From NCBI GenBank assembly GCA_964057225.1, contig OZ059898.1, positions 19,220,001-19,284,000 of the forward strand: DNA of 64,000 nucleotides, written 5' to 3'. The notes beneath the pieces were generated by a model. It saw only the letters and a list, made by a program, of their open reading frames with translations. It ran no database searches and was not told the DNA's origin. Positions 40,301 to 54,000 of the stretch are shown one piece after another. Source of the stretch: Auanema rhodensis. Lineage: Eukaryota > Animalia > Nematoda. The position numbers and the translations under genes were made by a program. Each line of letters opens with the position of its first letter. The stretch's first letter is position 1.

Positions 40301-42000
40301 TTTGTCAAAATGTTTTTGGAAGCAATGTTGAGTGAACATGGAAACTCAACATACACTAATGCATCATTTTTCGAACAATCATAACTAATTTTTGTATTAA
40401 GCGTTTCTCAATGTAGTATAGTGCATTTGATGCGGATTTTTAAGCTGCGTCGATCTGTGTTATCAGATTTGCGCTAGCTTAAAAATGCACCGAGATATCA
40501 ACTGATATAAGTTCACACTTATATCCTCGATTTTCACCCTGAAGAATTAATTTTTTCGTTGAATAACATTGTCCATCGTCTTTGCCTTGAAAAAAGAAAT
40601 CTAAAAACATCTACTTTTTGCTAAATTATTCTGAAATTTTTCGAAAAAATTTTTGTCAAAATGTTTTTGGAAGCAATGTTGAGTGTACATGGAAACTCAA
40701 CATACACTAATGCATCATTTTTCAAACGATCATAACTAATTTTTGTATTAAGCGTTTCTCAATGTAGTATAGTGCATTTGATGCGGATTTTTAAGCTGCG
40801 TCGATCTGTGTTATCAGATTTGCGCTAGCTTAAAAATGCACCGAGATATCAACTGATATAAGTTCACACTTATATCCTCGATTTTCACCCTGAAGAATTA
40901 ATTTTTTCGTTGAATAACATTGTCCATCGTCTTTGCCTTGAAAAAAGGAATCTAAAAACATCTACTTTTTGCTAAATTATTTTGAAATTTTTCGAAAAAA
41001 TTTTTGTCAAAATGTTTTTGGAAGCAATGTTGAGTGAACATGGAAACTCAACATACACTAATGCATCATTTTTCGAACAATCATAACTAATTTTTGTATT
41101 AAGCGTTTCTCAATGTAGTATAGTGCATTTGATGCGGATTTTTAAGCTGCGTCGATCTGTGTTATCAGATTTGCGCTAGCTTAAAAATGCACCGAGATAT
41201 CAACTGATATAAGTTCACACTTATATCCTCGATTTTCACCCTGAAGAATTATTTTTTTCGTTGAATAACATTGTCCATCGTCTTTGCCTTGAAAAAAGGA
41301 ATCTAAAAACATCTACTTTTTGCTAAATTATTTTGAAATTTTTCGAAAAAATTTTTGTCAAAATGTTTTTGGAAGCAATGTTGAGTGAACATGGAAACTC
41401 AACATACACTAATGCATCATTTTTCGAACAATCATAACTAATTTTTGTATTAAGCGTTTCTCAATGTAGTATAGTGCATTTGATGCGGATTTTTAAGCTG
41501 CGTCGATCTGTGTTATCAGATTTGCGCTAGCTTAAAAATGCACCGAGATATCAACTGATATAAGTTCACACTTATATCCTCGATTTTCACCCTGAAGAAT
41601 TATTTTTTTCGTTGAATAACATTGTCCATCGTCTTTGCCTTGAAAAAAGGAATCTAAAAACATCTACTTTTTGCTAAATTATTTTGAAATTTTTCGAAAA
41701 AATTTTTGTCAAAATGTTTTTGGAAGCAATGTTGAGTGTACATGGAAACTCAACATACACTAATGCATCATTTTTCAAACGATCATAACTAATTTTTGTA
41801 TTAAGCGTTTCTCAATGTAGTATAGTGCATTTGATGCGGATTTTTAAGCTGCGTCGATCTGTGTTATCAGATTTGCGCTAGCTTAAAAATGCACCGAGAT
41901 ATCAACTGATATAAGTTCACACTTATATCCTCGATTTTCACCCTGAAGAATTAATTTTTTCGTTGAATAACATTGTCCATCGTCTTTGCCTTGAAAAAAG
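34400..42000 (+). repeat. Higher-order duplication, 12-monomer offset; boundaries approximate
   Basis: Variants are paired 4212 bp apart (12x351): 34772/38984, 35164/39376, 35493/39705, 35528/39740, 35840/40052, 36419/40631. Confidence 0.9.
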
Positions 42001-45000
42001 GAATCTAAAAACATCTACTTTTTGCTAAATTATTTTGAAATTTTTCGAAAAAATTTTTGTCAAAATGTTTTTGGAAGCAATGTTGAGTGAACATGGAAAC
42101 TCAACATACACTAATGCATCATTTTTCGAACAATCATAACTAATTTTTGTATTAAGCGTTTCTCAATGTAGTATAGTGCATTTGATGCGGATTTTTAAGC
42201 TGCGTCGATCTGTGTTATCAGATTTGCGCTAGCTTAAAAATGCACCGAGATATCAACTGATATAAGTTCACACTTATATCCTCGATTTTCACCCTGAAGA
42301 ATTATTTTTTTCGTTGAATAACATTGTCCATCGTCTTTGCCTTGAAAAAAGGAATCTAAAAACATCTACTTTTTGCTAAATTATTTTGAAATTTTTCGAA
42401 AAAATTTTTGTCAAAATGTTTTTGGAAGCAATGTTGAGTGAACATGGAAACTCAACATACACTAATGCATCATTTTTCGAACAATCATAACTAATTTTTG
42501 TATTAAGCGTTTCTCAATGTAGTATAGTGCATTTGATGCGGATTTTTAAGCTGCGTCGATCTGTGTTATCAGATTTGCGCTAGCTTAAAAATGCACCGAG
42601 ATATCAACTGATATAAGTTCACACTTATATCCTCGATTTTCACCCTGAAGAATTATTTTTTTCGTTGAATAACATTGTCCATCGTCTTTGCCTTGAAAAA
42701 AGGAATCTAAAAACATCTACTTTTTGCTAAATTATTTTGAAATTTTTCGAAAAAATTTTTGTCAAAATGTTTTTGGAAGCAATGTTGAGTGTACATGGAA
42801 ACTCAACATACACTAATGCATCATTTTTCAAACGATCATAACTAATTTTTGTATTAAGCGTTTCTCAATGTAGTATAGTGCATTTGATGCGGATTTTTAA
42901 GCTGCGTCGATCTGTGTTATCAGATTTGCGCTAGCTTAAAAATGCACCGAGATATCAACTGATATAAGTTCACACTTATATCCTCGATTTTCACCCTGAA
43001 GAATTAATTTTTTCGTTGAATAACATTGTCCATCGTCTTTGCCTTGAAAAAAGGAATCTAAAAACATCTACTTTTTGCTAAATTATTTTGAAATTTTTCG
43101 AAAAAATTTTTGTCAAAATGTTTTTGGAAGCAATGTTGAGTGTACATGGAAACTCAACATACACTAATGCATCATTTTTCAAACGATCATAACTAATTTT
43201 TGTATTAAGCGTTTCTCAATGTAGTATAGTGCATTCGATGCGGATTTTTAAGCTGCGTCGATCTGTGTTATCAGATTTGCGCTAGCTTAAAAATGCACCG
43301 AGATATCAACTGATATAAGTTCACACTTATATCCTCGATTTTCACCCTGAAGAATTATTTTTTTCGTTGAATAACATTGTCCATCGTCTTTGCCTTGAAA
43401 AAAGGAATCTAAAAACATCTACTTTTTGCTAAATTATTTTGAAATTTTTCGAAAAAATTTTTGTCAAAATGTTTTTGGAAGCAATGTTGAGTGAACATGG
43501 AAACTCAACATACACTAATGCATCATTTTTCGAACAATCATAACTAATTTTTGTATTAAGCGTTTCTCAATGTAGTATAGTGCATTTGATGCGGATTTTT
43601 AAGCTGCGTCGATCTGTGTTATCAGATTTGCGCTAGCTTAAAAATGCACCGAGATATCAACTGATATAAGTTCACACTTATATCCTCGATTTTCACCTGA
43701 AGAATTAATTTTTTCGTTGAATAACATTGTCCATCGTCTTTGCCTTGAAAAAAGGAATCTAAAAACATCTACTTTTTGCTAAATTATTTTGAAATTTTTC
43801 GAAAAAATTTTTGTCAAAATGTTTTTGGAAGCAATGTTGAGTGTACATGGAAACTCAACATACACTAATGCATCATTTTTCAAACGATCATAACTAATTT
43901 TTGTATTAAGCGTTTTTCAATGTAGTATAGTGCATTCGATGCGGATTTTTAAGCTGCGTCGATCTGTGTTATCAGATTTGCGCTAGCTTAAAAATGCACC
44001 GAGATATCAACTGATATAAGTTCACACTTATATCCTCGATTTTCACCCTGAAGAATTATTTTTTTCGTTGAATAACATTGTCCATCGTCTTTGCCTTGAA
44101 AAAAGGAATCTAAAAACATCTACTTTTTGCTAAATTATTTTGAAATTTTTCGAAAAAATTTTTGTCAAAATGTTTTTGGAAGCAATGTTGAGTGTACATG
44201 GAAACTCAACATACAGTAATGCATCATTTTTCAAACGATCATAACTAATTTTTGTATTAAGCATTTCTCAATGTAGTATAGTGCATTCGATGCGGATTTT
44301 TAAGCTGCGTCGATCTGTGTTATCAGATTTGCGCTAGCTTAAAAATGCACCGAGATATCAACTGATATAAGTTCACACTTATATCCTCGATTTTCACCCT
44401 GAAGAATTATTTTTTTCGTTGAATAACATTGTCCATCGTCTTTGCCTTGAAAAAAGGAATCTAAAAACATCTACTTTTTGCTAAATTATTCTGAAATTTT
44501 TCGAAAAAATTTTTGTCAAAATGTTTTTGGAAGCAATGTTGAGTGTACATGGAAACTCAACATACACTAATGCATCATTTTTCAAACGATCATAACTAAT
44601 TTTTGTATTAAGCGTTTCTCAATGTAGTATAGTGCATTTGATGCGGATTTTTAAGCTGCGTCGATCTGTGTTATCAGATTTGCGCTAGCTTAAAAATGCA
44701 CCGAGATATCAACTGATATAAGTTCACACTTATATCCTCGATTTTCACCCTGAAGAATTAATTTTTTCGTTGAATAACATTGTCCATCGTCTTTGCCTTG
44801 AAAAAAGGAATCTAAAAACATCTACTTTTTGCTAAATTATTTTGAAATTTTTCGAAAAAATTTTTGTCAAAATGTTTTTGGAAGCAATGTTGAGTGAACA
44901 TGGAAACTCAACATACACTAATGCATCATTTTTCGAACAATCATAACTAATTTTTGTATTAAGCGTTTCTCAATGTAGTATAGTGCATTTGATACGGATT

Positions 45001-48000
45001 TTTAAGCTGCGTCGATCTGTGTTATCAGATTTGCGCTAGCTTAAAAATGCACCGAGATATCAACTGATATAAGTTCACACTTATATCCTCGATTTTCACC
45101 CTGAAGAATTAATTTTTTCGTTGAATAACATTGTCCATCGTCTTTGCCTTGAAAAAAGGAATCTAAAAACATCTACTTTTTGCTAAATTATTCTGAAATT
45201 TTTCGAAAAAATTTTTGTCAAAATGTTTTTGGAAGCAATGTTGAGTGTACATGGAAACTCAACATACACTAATGCATCATTTTTCAAACGATCATAACTA
45301 ATTTTTGTATTAAGCGTTTCTCAATGTAGTATAGTGCATTTGATGCGGATTTTTAAGCTGCGTCGATCTGTGTTATCAGATTTGCGCTAGCTTAAAAATG
45401 CACCGAGATATCAACTGATATAAGTTCACACTTATATCCTCGATTTTCACCCTGAAGAATTAATTTTTTCGTTGAATAACATTGTCCATCGTCTTTGCCT
45501 TGAAAAAAGGAATCTAAAAACATCTACTTTTTGCTAAATTATTTTGAAATTTTTCGAAAAAATTTTTGTCAAAATGTTTTTGGAAGCAATGTTGAGTGAA
45601 CATGGAAACTCAACATACACTAATGCATCATTTTTCGAACAATCATAACTAATTTTTGTATTAAGCATTTCTCAATGTAGTATAGTGCATTCGATGCGGA
45701 TTTTTAAGCTGCGTCGATCTGTGTTATCAGATTTGCGCTAGCTTAAAAATGCACCGAGATATCAACTGATATAAGTTCACACTTATATCCTCGATTTTCA
45801 CCCTGAAGAATTATTTTTTTCGTTGAATAACATTGTCCATCGTCTTTGCCTTGAAAAAAGGAATCTAAAAACATCTACTTTTTGCTAAATTATTTTGAAA
45901 TTTTTCGAAAAAATTTTTGTCAAAATGTTTTTGGAAGCAATGTTGAGTGAACATGGAAACTCAACATACACTAATGCATCATTTTTCAAACGATCATAAC
46001 TAATTTTTGTATTAAGCATTTCTCAATGTAGTATAGTGCATTCGATGCGGATTTTTGAGCTGCGTCGATCTGTGTTATCAGATTTGCGCTAGCTTAAAAA
46101 TGCACCGAGATATCAACTGATATAAGTTCACACTTATATCCTCGATTTTCACCCTGAAGAATTATTTTTTTCGTTGAATAACATTGTCCATCGTCTTTGC
46201 CTTGAAAAAAGGAATCTAAAAACATCTACTTTTTGCTAAATTATTTTGAAATTTTTCGAAAAAATTTTTGTCAAAATGTTTTTGGAAGCAATGTTGAGTG
46301 AACATGGAAACTCAACATACACTAATGCATCATTTTTCGAACAATCATAACTAATTTTTGTATTAAGCATTTCTCAATGTAGTATAGTGCATTCGATGCG
46401 GATTTTTAAGCTGCGTCGATCTGTGTTATCAGATTTGCGCTAGCTTAAAAATGCACCGAGATATCAACTGATATAAGTTCACACTTATATCCTCGATTTT
46501 CACCCTGAAGAATTATTTTTTTCGTTGAATAACATTGTCCATCGTCTTTGCCTTGAAAAAAGGAATCTAAAAACATCTACTTTTTGCTAAATTATTTTGA
46601 AATTTTTCGAAAAAATTTTTGTCAAAATGTTTTTGGAAGCAATGTTGAGTGAACATGGAAACTCAACATACACTAATGCATCATTTTTCGAACAATCATA
46701 ACTAATTTTTGTATTAAGCGTTTCTCAATGTAGTATAGTGCATTTGATGCGGATTTTTAAACTGCGTCGATCTGTGTTATCAGATTTGCGCTAGCTTAAA
46801 AATGCACCGAGATATCAACTGATATAAGTTCACACTTATATCCTCGATTTTCACCCTGAAGAATTAATTTTTTCGTTGAATAACATTGTCCATCGTCTTT
46901 GCCTTGAAAAAAGGAATCTAAAAACATCTACTTTTTGCTAAATTATTCTGAAATTTTTCGAAAAAATTTTTGTCAAAATGTTTTTGGAAGCAATGTTGAG
47001 TGTACATGGAAACTCAACATACACTAATGCATCATTTTTCAAACGATCATAACTAATTTTTGTATTAAGCGTTTCTCAATGTAGTATAGTGCATTTGATG
47101 CGGATTTTTAAGCTGCGTCGATCTGTGTTATCAGATTTGCGCTAGCTTAAAAATGCACCGAGATATCAACTGATATAAGTTCACACTTATATCCTCGATT
47201 TTCACCCTGAAGAATTAATTTTTTCGTTGAATAACATTGTCCATCGTCTTTGCCTTGAAAAAAGGAATCTAAAAACATCTACTTTTTGCTAAATTATTTT
47301 GAAATTTTTCGAAAAAATTTTTGTCAAAATGTTCTTGGAAGCAATGTTGAGTGAACATGGAAACTCAACATACACTAATGCATCATTTTTCGAACAATCA
47401 TAACTAATTTTTGTATTAAGCGTTTCTCAATGTAGTATAGTGCATTTGATGCGGATTTTTAAGCTGCGTCGATCTGTGTTATCAGATTTGCGCTAGCTTA
47501 AAAATGCACCGAGATATCAACTGATATAAGTTCACACTTATATCCTCGATTTTCACCCTGAAGAATTAATTTTTCCGTTGAATAACATTGTCCATCGTCT
47601 TTGCCTTGAAAAAAGGAATCTAAAAACATCTACTTTTTGCTAAATTATTCTGAAATTTTTCGAAAAAATTTTTGTCAAAATGTTTTTGGAAGCAATGTTG
47701 AGTGTACATGGAAACTCAACATACACTAATGCATCATTTTTCAAACGATCATAACTAATTTTTGTATTAAGCGTTTCTCAATGTAGTATAGTGCATTTGA
47801 TGCGGATTTTTAAGCTGCGTCGATCTGTGTTATCAGATTTGCGCTAGCTTAAAAATGCACCGAGATATCAACTGATATAAGTTCACACTTATATCCTCGA
47901 TTTTCACCCTGAAGAATTAATTTTTTCGTTGAATAACATTGTCCATCGTCTTTGCCTTGAAAAAAGGAATCTAAAAACATCTACTTTTTGCTAAATTATT

Positions 48001-51000
48001 TTGAAATTTTTCGAAAAAATTTTTGTCAAAATGTTTTTGGAAGCAATGTTGAGTGAACATGGAAACTCAACATACACTAATGCATCATTTTTCGAACAAT
48101 CATAACTAATTTTTGTATTAAGCGTTTCTCAATGTAGTATAGTGCATTTGATGCGGATTTTTAAGCTGCGTCGATCTGTGTTATCAGATTTGCGCTAGCT
48201 TAAAAATGCACCGAGATATCAACTGATATAAGTTCACACTTATATCCTCGATTTTCACCCTGAAGAATTAATTTTTTCGTTGAATAACATTGTCCATCGT
48301 CTTTGCCTTGAAAAAAGGAATCTAAAAACATCTACTTTTTGCTAAATTATTCTGAAATTTTTCGAAAAAATTTTTGTCAAAATGTTTTTGGAAGCAATGT
48401 TGAGTGTACATGGAAACTCAACATACACTAATGCATCATTTTTCAAACGATCATAACTAATTTTTGTATTAAGCGTTTCTCAATGTAGTATAGTGCATTT
48501 GATGCGGATTTTTAAGCTGCGTCGATCTGTGTTATCAGATTTGCGCTAGCTTAAAAATGCACCGAGATATCAACTGATATAAGTTCACACTTATATCCTC
48601 GATTTTCACCCTGAAGAATTAATTTTTTCGTTGAATAACATTGTCCATCGTCTTTGCCTTGAAAAAAGGAATCTAAAAACATCTTTTTTTTGCTAAATTA
48701 TTCTGAAATTTTTCGAAAAAATTTTTGTCAAAATGTTTTTGGAAGCAATGTTGAGTGTACATGGAAACTCAACATACACTAATGCATCATTTTTCAAACG
48801 ATCATAACTAATTTTTGTATTAAGCGTTTCTCAATGTAGTATAGTGCATTTGATGCGGATTTTTAAGCTGCGTCGATCTGTGTTATCAGATTTGCGCTAG
48901 CTTAAAAATGCACCGAGATATCAACTGATATAAGTTCACACTTATATCCTCGATTTTCACCCTGAAGAATTAATTTTTTCGTTGAATAACATTGTCCATC
49001 GTCTTTGCCTTGAAAAAAGGAATCTAAAAACATCTACTTTTTGCTAAATTATTTTGAAATTTTTCGAAAAAATTTTTGTCAAAATGTTTTTGGAAGCAAT
49101 GTTGAGTGAACATGGAAACTCAACATACACTAATGCATCATTTTTCGAACAATCATAACTAATTTTTGTATTAAGCGTTTCTCAATGTAGTATAGTGCAT
49201 TTGATGCGGATTTTTAAGCTGCGTCGATCTGTGTTATCAGATTTGCGCTAGCTTAAAAATGCACCGAGATATCAACTGATATAAGTTCACACTTATATCC
49301 TCGATTTTCACCCTGAAGAATTAATTTTTTCGTTGAATAACATTGTCCATCGTCTTTGCCTTGAAAAAAGGAATCTAAAAACATCTACTTTTTGCTAAAT
49401 TATTCTGAAATTTTTCGAAAAAATTTTTGTCAAAATGTTTTTGGAAGCAATGTTGAGTGTACATGGAAACTCAACATACACTAATGCATCATTTTTCAAA
49501 CGATCATAACTAATTTTTGTATTAAGCGTTTCTCAATGTAGTATAGTGCATTCGATGCGGATTTTTAAGCTGCGTCGATCTTTGTTATCAGATTTGCGCT
49601 AGCTTAAAAATGCACCGAGATATCAACTGATATAAGTTCACACTTATATCCTCGATTTTCACCCTGAAGAATTAATTTTTTCGTTGAATAACATTGTCCA
49701 TCGTCTTTGCCTTGAAAAAAGGAATCTAAAAACATCTACTTTTTGCTAAATTATTTTGAAATTTTTCGAAAAAATTTTTGTCAAAATGTTTTTGGAAGCA
49801 ATGTTGAGTGAACATGGAAACTCAACATACACTAATGCATCATTTTTCGAACAATCATAACTAATTTTTGTATTAAGCGTTTCTCAATGTAGTATAGTGC
49901 ATTTGATGCGGATTTTTAAGCTGCGTCGATCTGTGTTATCAGATTTGCGCTAGCTTAAAAATGCACCGAGATATCAACTGATATAAGTTCACACTTATAT
50001 CCTCGATTTTCACCCTGAAGAATTATTTTTTTCGTTGAATAACATTGTCCATCGTCTTTGCCTTGAAAAAAGGAATCTAAAAACATCTACTTTTTGCTAA
50101 ATTATCTTGAAATTTTTCGAAAAAATTTTTGTCAAAATGTTTTTGGAAGCAATGTTGAGTGTACATGGAAACTCAACATACACTAATGCATCATTTTTCA
50201 AACGATCATAACTAATTTTTGTATTAAGCATTTCTCAATGTAGTATAGTGCATTCGATGCGGATTTTTAAGCTGCGTCGATCTGTGTTATCAGATTTGCG
50301 CTAGCTTAAAAATGCACCGAGATATCAACTGATATAAGTTCACACTTATATCCTCGATTTTCACCCTGAAGAATTATTTTTTTCGTTGAATAACATTGTC
50401 CATCGTCTTTGCCTTGAAAAAAGGAATCTAAAAACATCTACTTTTTGCTAAATTATTTTGAAATTTTTCGAAAAAATTTTTGTCAAAATGTTTTTGGAAG
50501 CAATGTTGAGTGTACATGGAAACTCAACATACACTAATGCATCATTTTTCAAACGATCATAACTAATTTTTGTATTAAGCGTTTCTCAATGTAGTATAGT
50601 GCATTTGATGCGGATTTTTAAGCTGCGTCGATCTGTGTTATCAGATTTGCGCTAGCTTAAAAATGCACCGAGATATCAACTGATATAAGTTCACACTTAT
50701 ATCCTCGATTTTCACCCTGAAGAATTAATTTTTTCGTTGAATAACATTGTCCATCGTCTTTGCCTTGAAAAAAGGAATCTAAAAACATCTACTTTTTGCT
50801 AAATTATTTTGAAATTTTTCGAAAAAATTTTTGTCAAAATGTTTTTGGAAGCAATGTTGAGTGAACATGGAAACTCAACATACACTAATGCATCATTTTT
50901 CGAACAATCATAACTAATTTTTCTATTAAGCGTTTCTCAATGTAGTATAGTGCATTTGATGCGGATTTTTAAGCTGCGTCGATCTGTGTTATCAGATTTG

Positions 51001-54000
51001 CGCTAGCTTAAAAATGCACCGAGATATCAACTGATATAAGTTCACACTTATATCCTCGATTTTCACCCTGAAGAATTAATTTTTTCGTTGAATAACATTG
51101 TCCATCGTCTTTGCCTTGAAAAAAGGAATCTAAAAACATCTACTTTTTGCTAAATTATTTTGAAATTTTTCGAAAAAATTTTTGTCAAAATGTTTTTGGA
51201 AGCAATGTTGAGTGTACATGGAAACTCAACATACACTAATGCATCATTTTTCAAACGATCATAACTAATTTTTGTATTAAGCGTTTTTCAATGTAGTATA
51301 GTGCATTCGATGCGGATTTTTAAGCTGCGTCGATCTGTGTTATCAGATTTGCGCTAGCTTAAAAATGCACCGAGATATCAACTGATATAAGTTCACACTT
51401 ATATCCTCGATTTTCACCCTGAAGAATTAATTTTTTCGTTGAATAACATTGTCCATCGTCTTTGCCTTGAAAAAAGGAATCTAAAAACATCTACTTTTTG
51501 CTAAATTATTTTGAAATTTTTCGAAAAAATTTTTGTCAAAATGTTTTTGGAAGCAATGTTGAGTGAACATGGAAACTCAACATACACTAATGCATCATTT
51601 TTCGAACAATCATAACTAATTTTTGTATTAAGCGTTTCTCAATGTAGTATAGTGCATTTGATGCGGATTTTTAAGCTGCGTCGATCTGTGTTATCAGATT
51701 TGCGCTAGCTTAAAAATGCACCGAGATATCAACTGATATAAGTTCACACTTATATCCTCGATTTTCACCCTGAAGAATTATTTTTTTCGTTGAATAACAT
51801 TGTCCATCGTCTTTGCCTTGAAAAAAGGAATCTAAAAACATCTACTTTTTGCTAAATTATTTTGAAATTTTTCGAAAAAATTTTTGTCAAAATGTTTTTG
51901 GAAGCAATGTTGAGTGAACATGGAAACTCAACATACACTAATGCATCATTTTTCGAACAATCATAACTAATTTTTGTATTAAGCGTTTCTCAATGTAGTA
52001 TAGTGCATTTGATGCGGATTTTTAAGCTGCGTCGATCTGTGTTATCAGATTTGCGCTAGCTTAAAAATGCACCGAGATATCAACTGATATAAGTTCACAC
52101 TTATATCCTCGATTTTCACCCTGAAGAATTAATTTTTTCGTTGAATAACATTGTCCATCGTCTTTGCCTTGAAAAAAGGAATCTAAAAACATCTACTTTT
52201 TGCTAAATTATTCTGAAATTTTTCGAAAAAATTTTTGTCAAAATGTTTTTGGAAGCAATGTTGAGTGTACATGGAAACTCAACATACACTAATGCATCAT
52301 TTTTCAAACGATCATAACTAATTTTTGTATTAAGCGTTTCTCAATGTAGTATAGTGCATTTGATGCGGATTTTTAAGCTGCGTCGATCTGTGTTATCAGA
52401 TTTGCGCTAGCTTAAAAATGCACCGAGATATCAACTGATATAAGTTCACACTTATATCCTCGATTTTCACCCTGAAGAATTAATTTTTTCGTTGAATAAC
52501 ATTGTCCATCGTCTTTGCCTTGAAAAAAGGAATCTAAAAACATCTACTTTTTGCTAAATTATTTTGAAATTTTTCGAAAAAATTTTTGTCAAAATGTTTT
52601 TGGAAGCAATGTTGAGTGAACATGGAAACTCAACATACACTAATGCATCATTTTTCGAACAATCATAACTAATTTTTGTATTAAGCGTTTCTCAATGTAG
52701 TATAGTGCATTTGATGCGGATTTTTAAGCTGCGTCGATCTGTGTTATCAGATTTGCGCTAGCTTAAAAATGCACCGAGATATCAACTGATATAAGTTCAC
52801 ACTTATATCCTCGATTTTCACCCTGAAGAATTAATTTTTTCGTTGAATAACATTGTCCATCGTCTTTGCCTTGAAAAAAGGAATCTAAAAACATCTACTT
52901 TTTGCTAAATTATTTTGAAATTTTTCGAAAAAATTTTTGTCAAAATGTTTTTGGAAGCAATGTTGAGTGTACATGGAAACTCAACATACACTAATGCATC
53001 ATTTTTCAAACGATCATAACTAATTTTTGTATTAAGCGTTTTTCAATGTAGTATAGTGCATTCGATGCGGATTTTTAAGCTGCGTCGATCTGTGTTATCA
53101 GATTTGCGCTAGCTTAAAAATGCACCGAGATATCAACTGATATAAGTTCACACTTATATCCTCGATTTTCACCCTGAAGAATTAATTTTTTCGTTGAATA
53201 ACATTGTCCATCGTCTTTGCCTTGAAAAAAGGAATCTAAAAACATCTACTTTTTGCTAAATAATTTTGAAATTTTTCGAAAAAATTTTTGTCAAAATGTT
53301 TTTGGAAGCAATGTTGAGTGAACATGGAAACTCAACATACACTAATGCATCATTTTTCGAACAATCATAACTAATTTTTGTATTAAGCGTTTCTCAATGT
53401 AGTATAGTGCATTTGATGCGGATTTTTAAGCTGCGTCGATCTGTGTTATCAGATTTGCGCTAGCTTAAAAATGCACCGAGATATCAACTGATATAAGTTC
53501 ACACTTATATCCTCGATTTTCACCCTGAAGAATTATTTTTTTCGTTGAATAACATTGTCCATCGTCTTTGCCTTGAAAAAAGGAATCTAAAAACATCTAC
53601 TTTTTGCTAAATTATTTTGAAATTTTTCGAAAAAATTTTTGTCAAAATGTTTTTGGAAGCAATGTTGAGTGTACATGGAAACTCAACATACACTAATGCA
53701 TCATTTTTCAAACGATCATAACTAATTTTTGTATTAAGCGTTTCTCCATGTAGTATAGTGCATTTGATGCGGATTTTTAAGCTGCGTCGATCTGTGTTAT
53801 CAGATTTGCGCTAGCTTAAAAATGCACCGAGATATCAACTGATATAAGTTCACACTTATATCCTCGATTTTCACCCTGAAGAATTAATTTTTTCGTTGAA
53901 TAACATTGTCCATCGTCTTTGCCTTGAAAAAAGGAATCTAAAAACATCTACTTTTTGCTAAATTATTTTGAAATTTTTCGAAAAAATTTTTGTCAAAATG

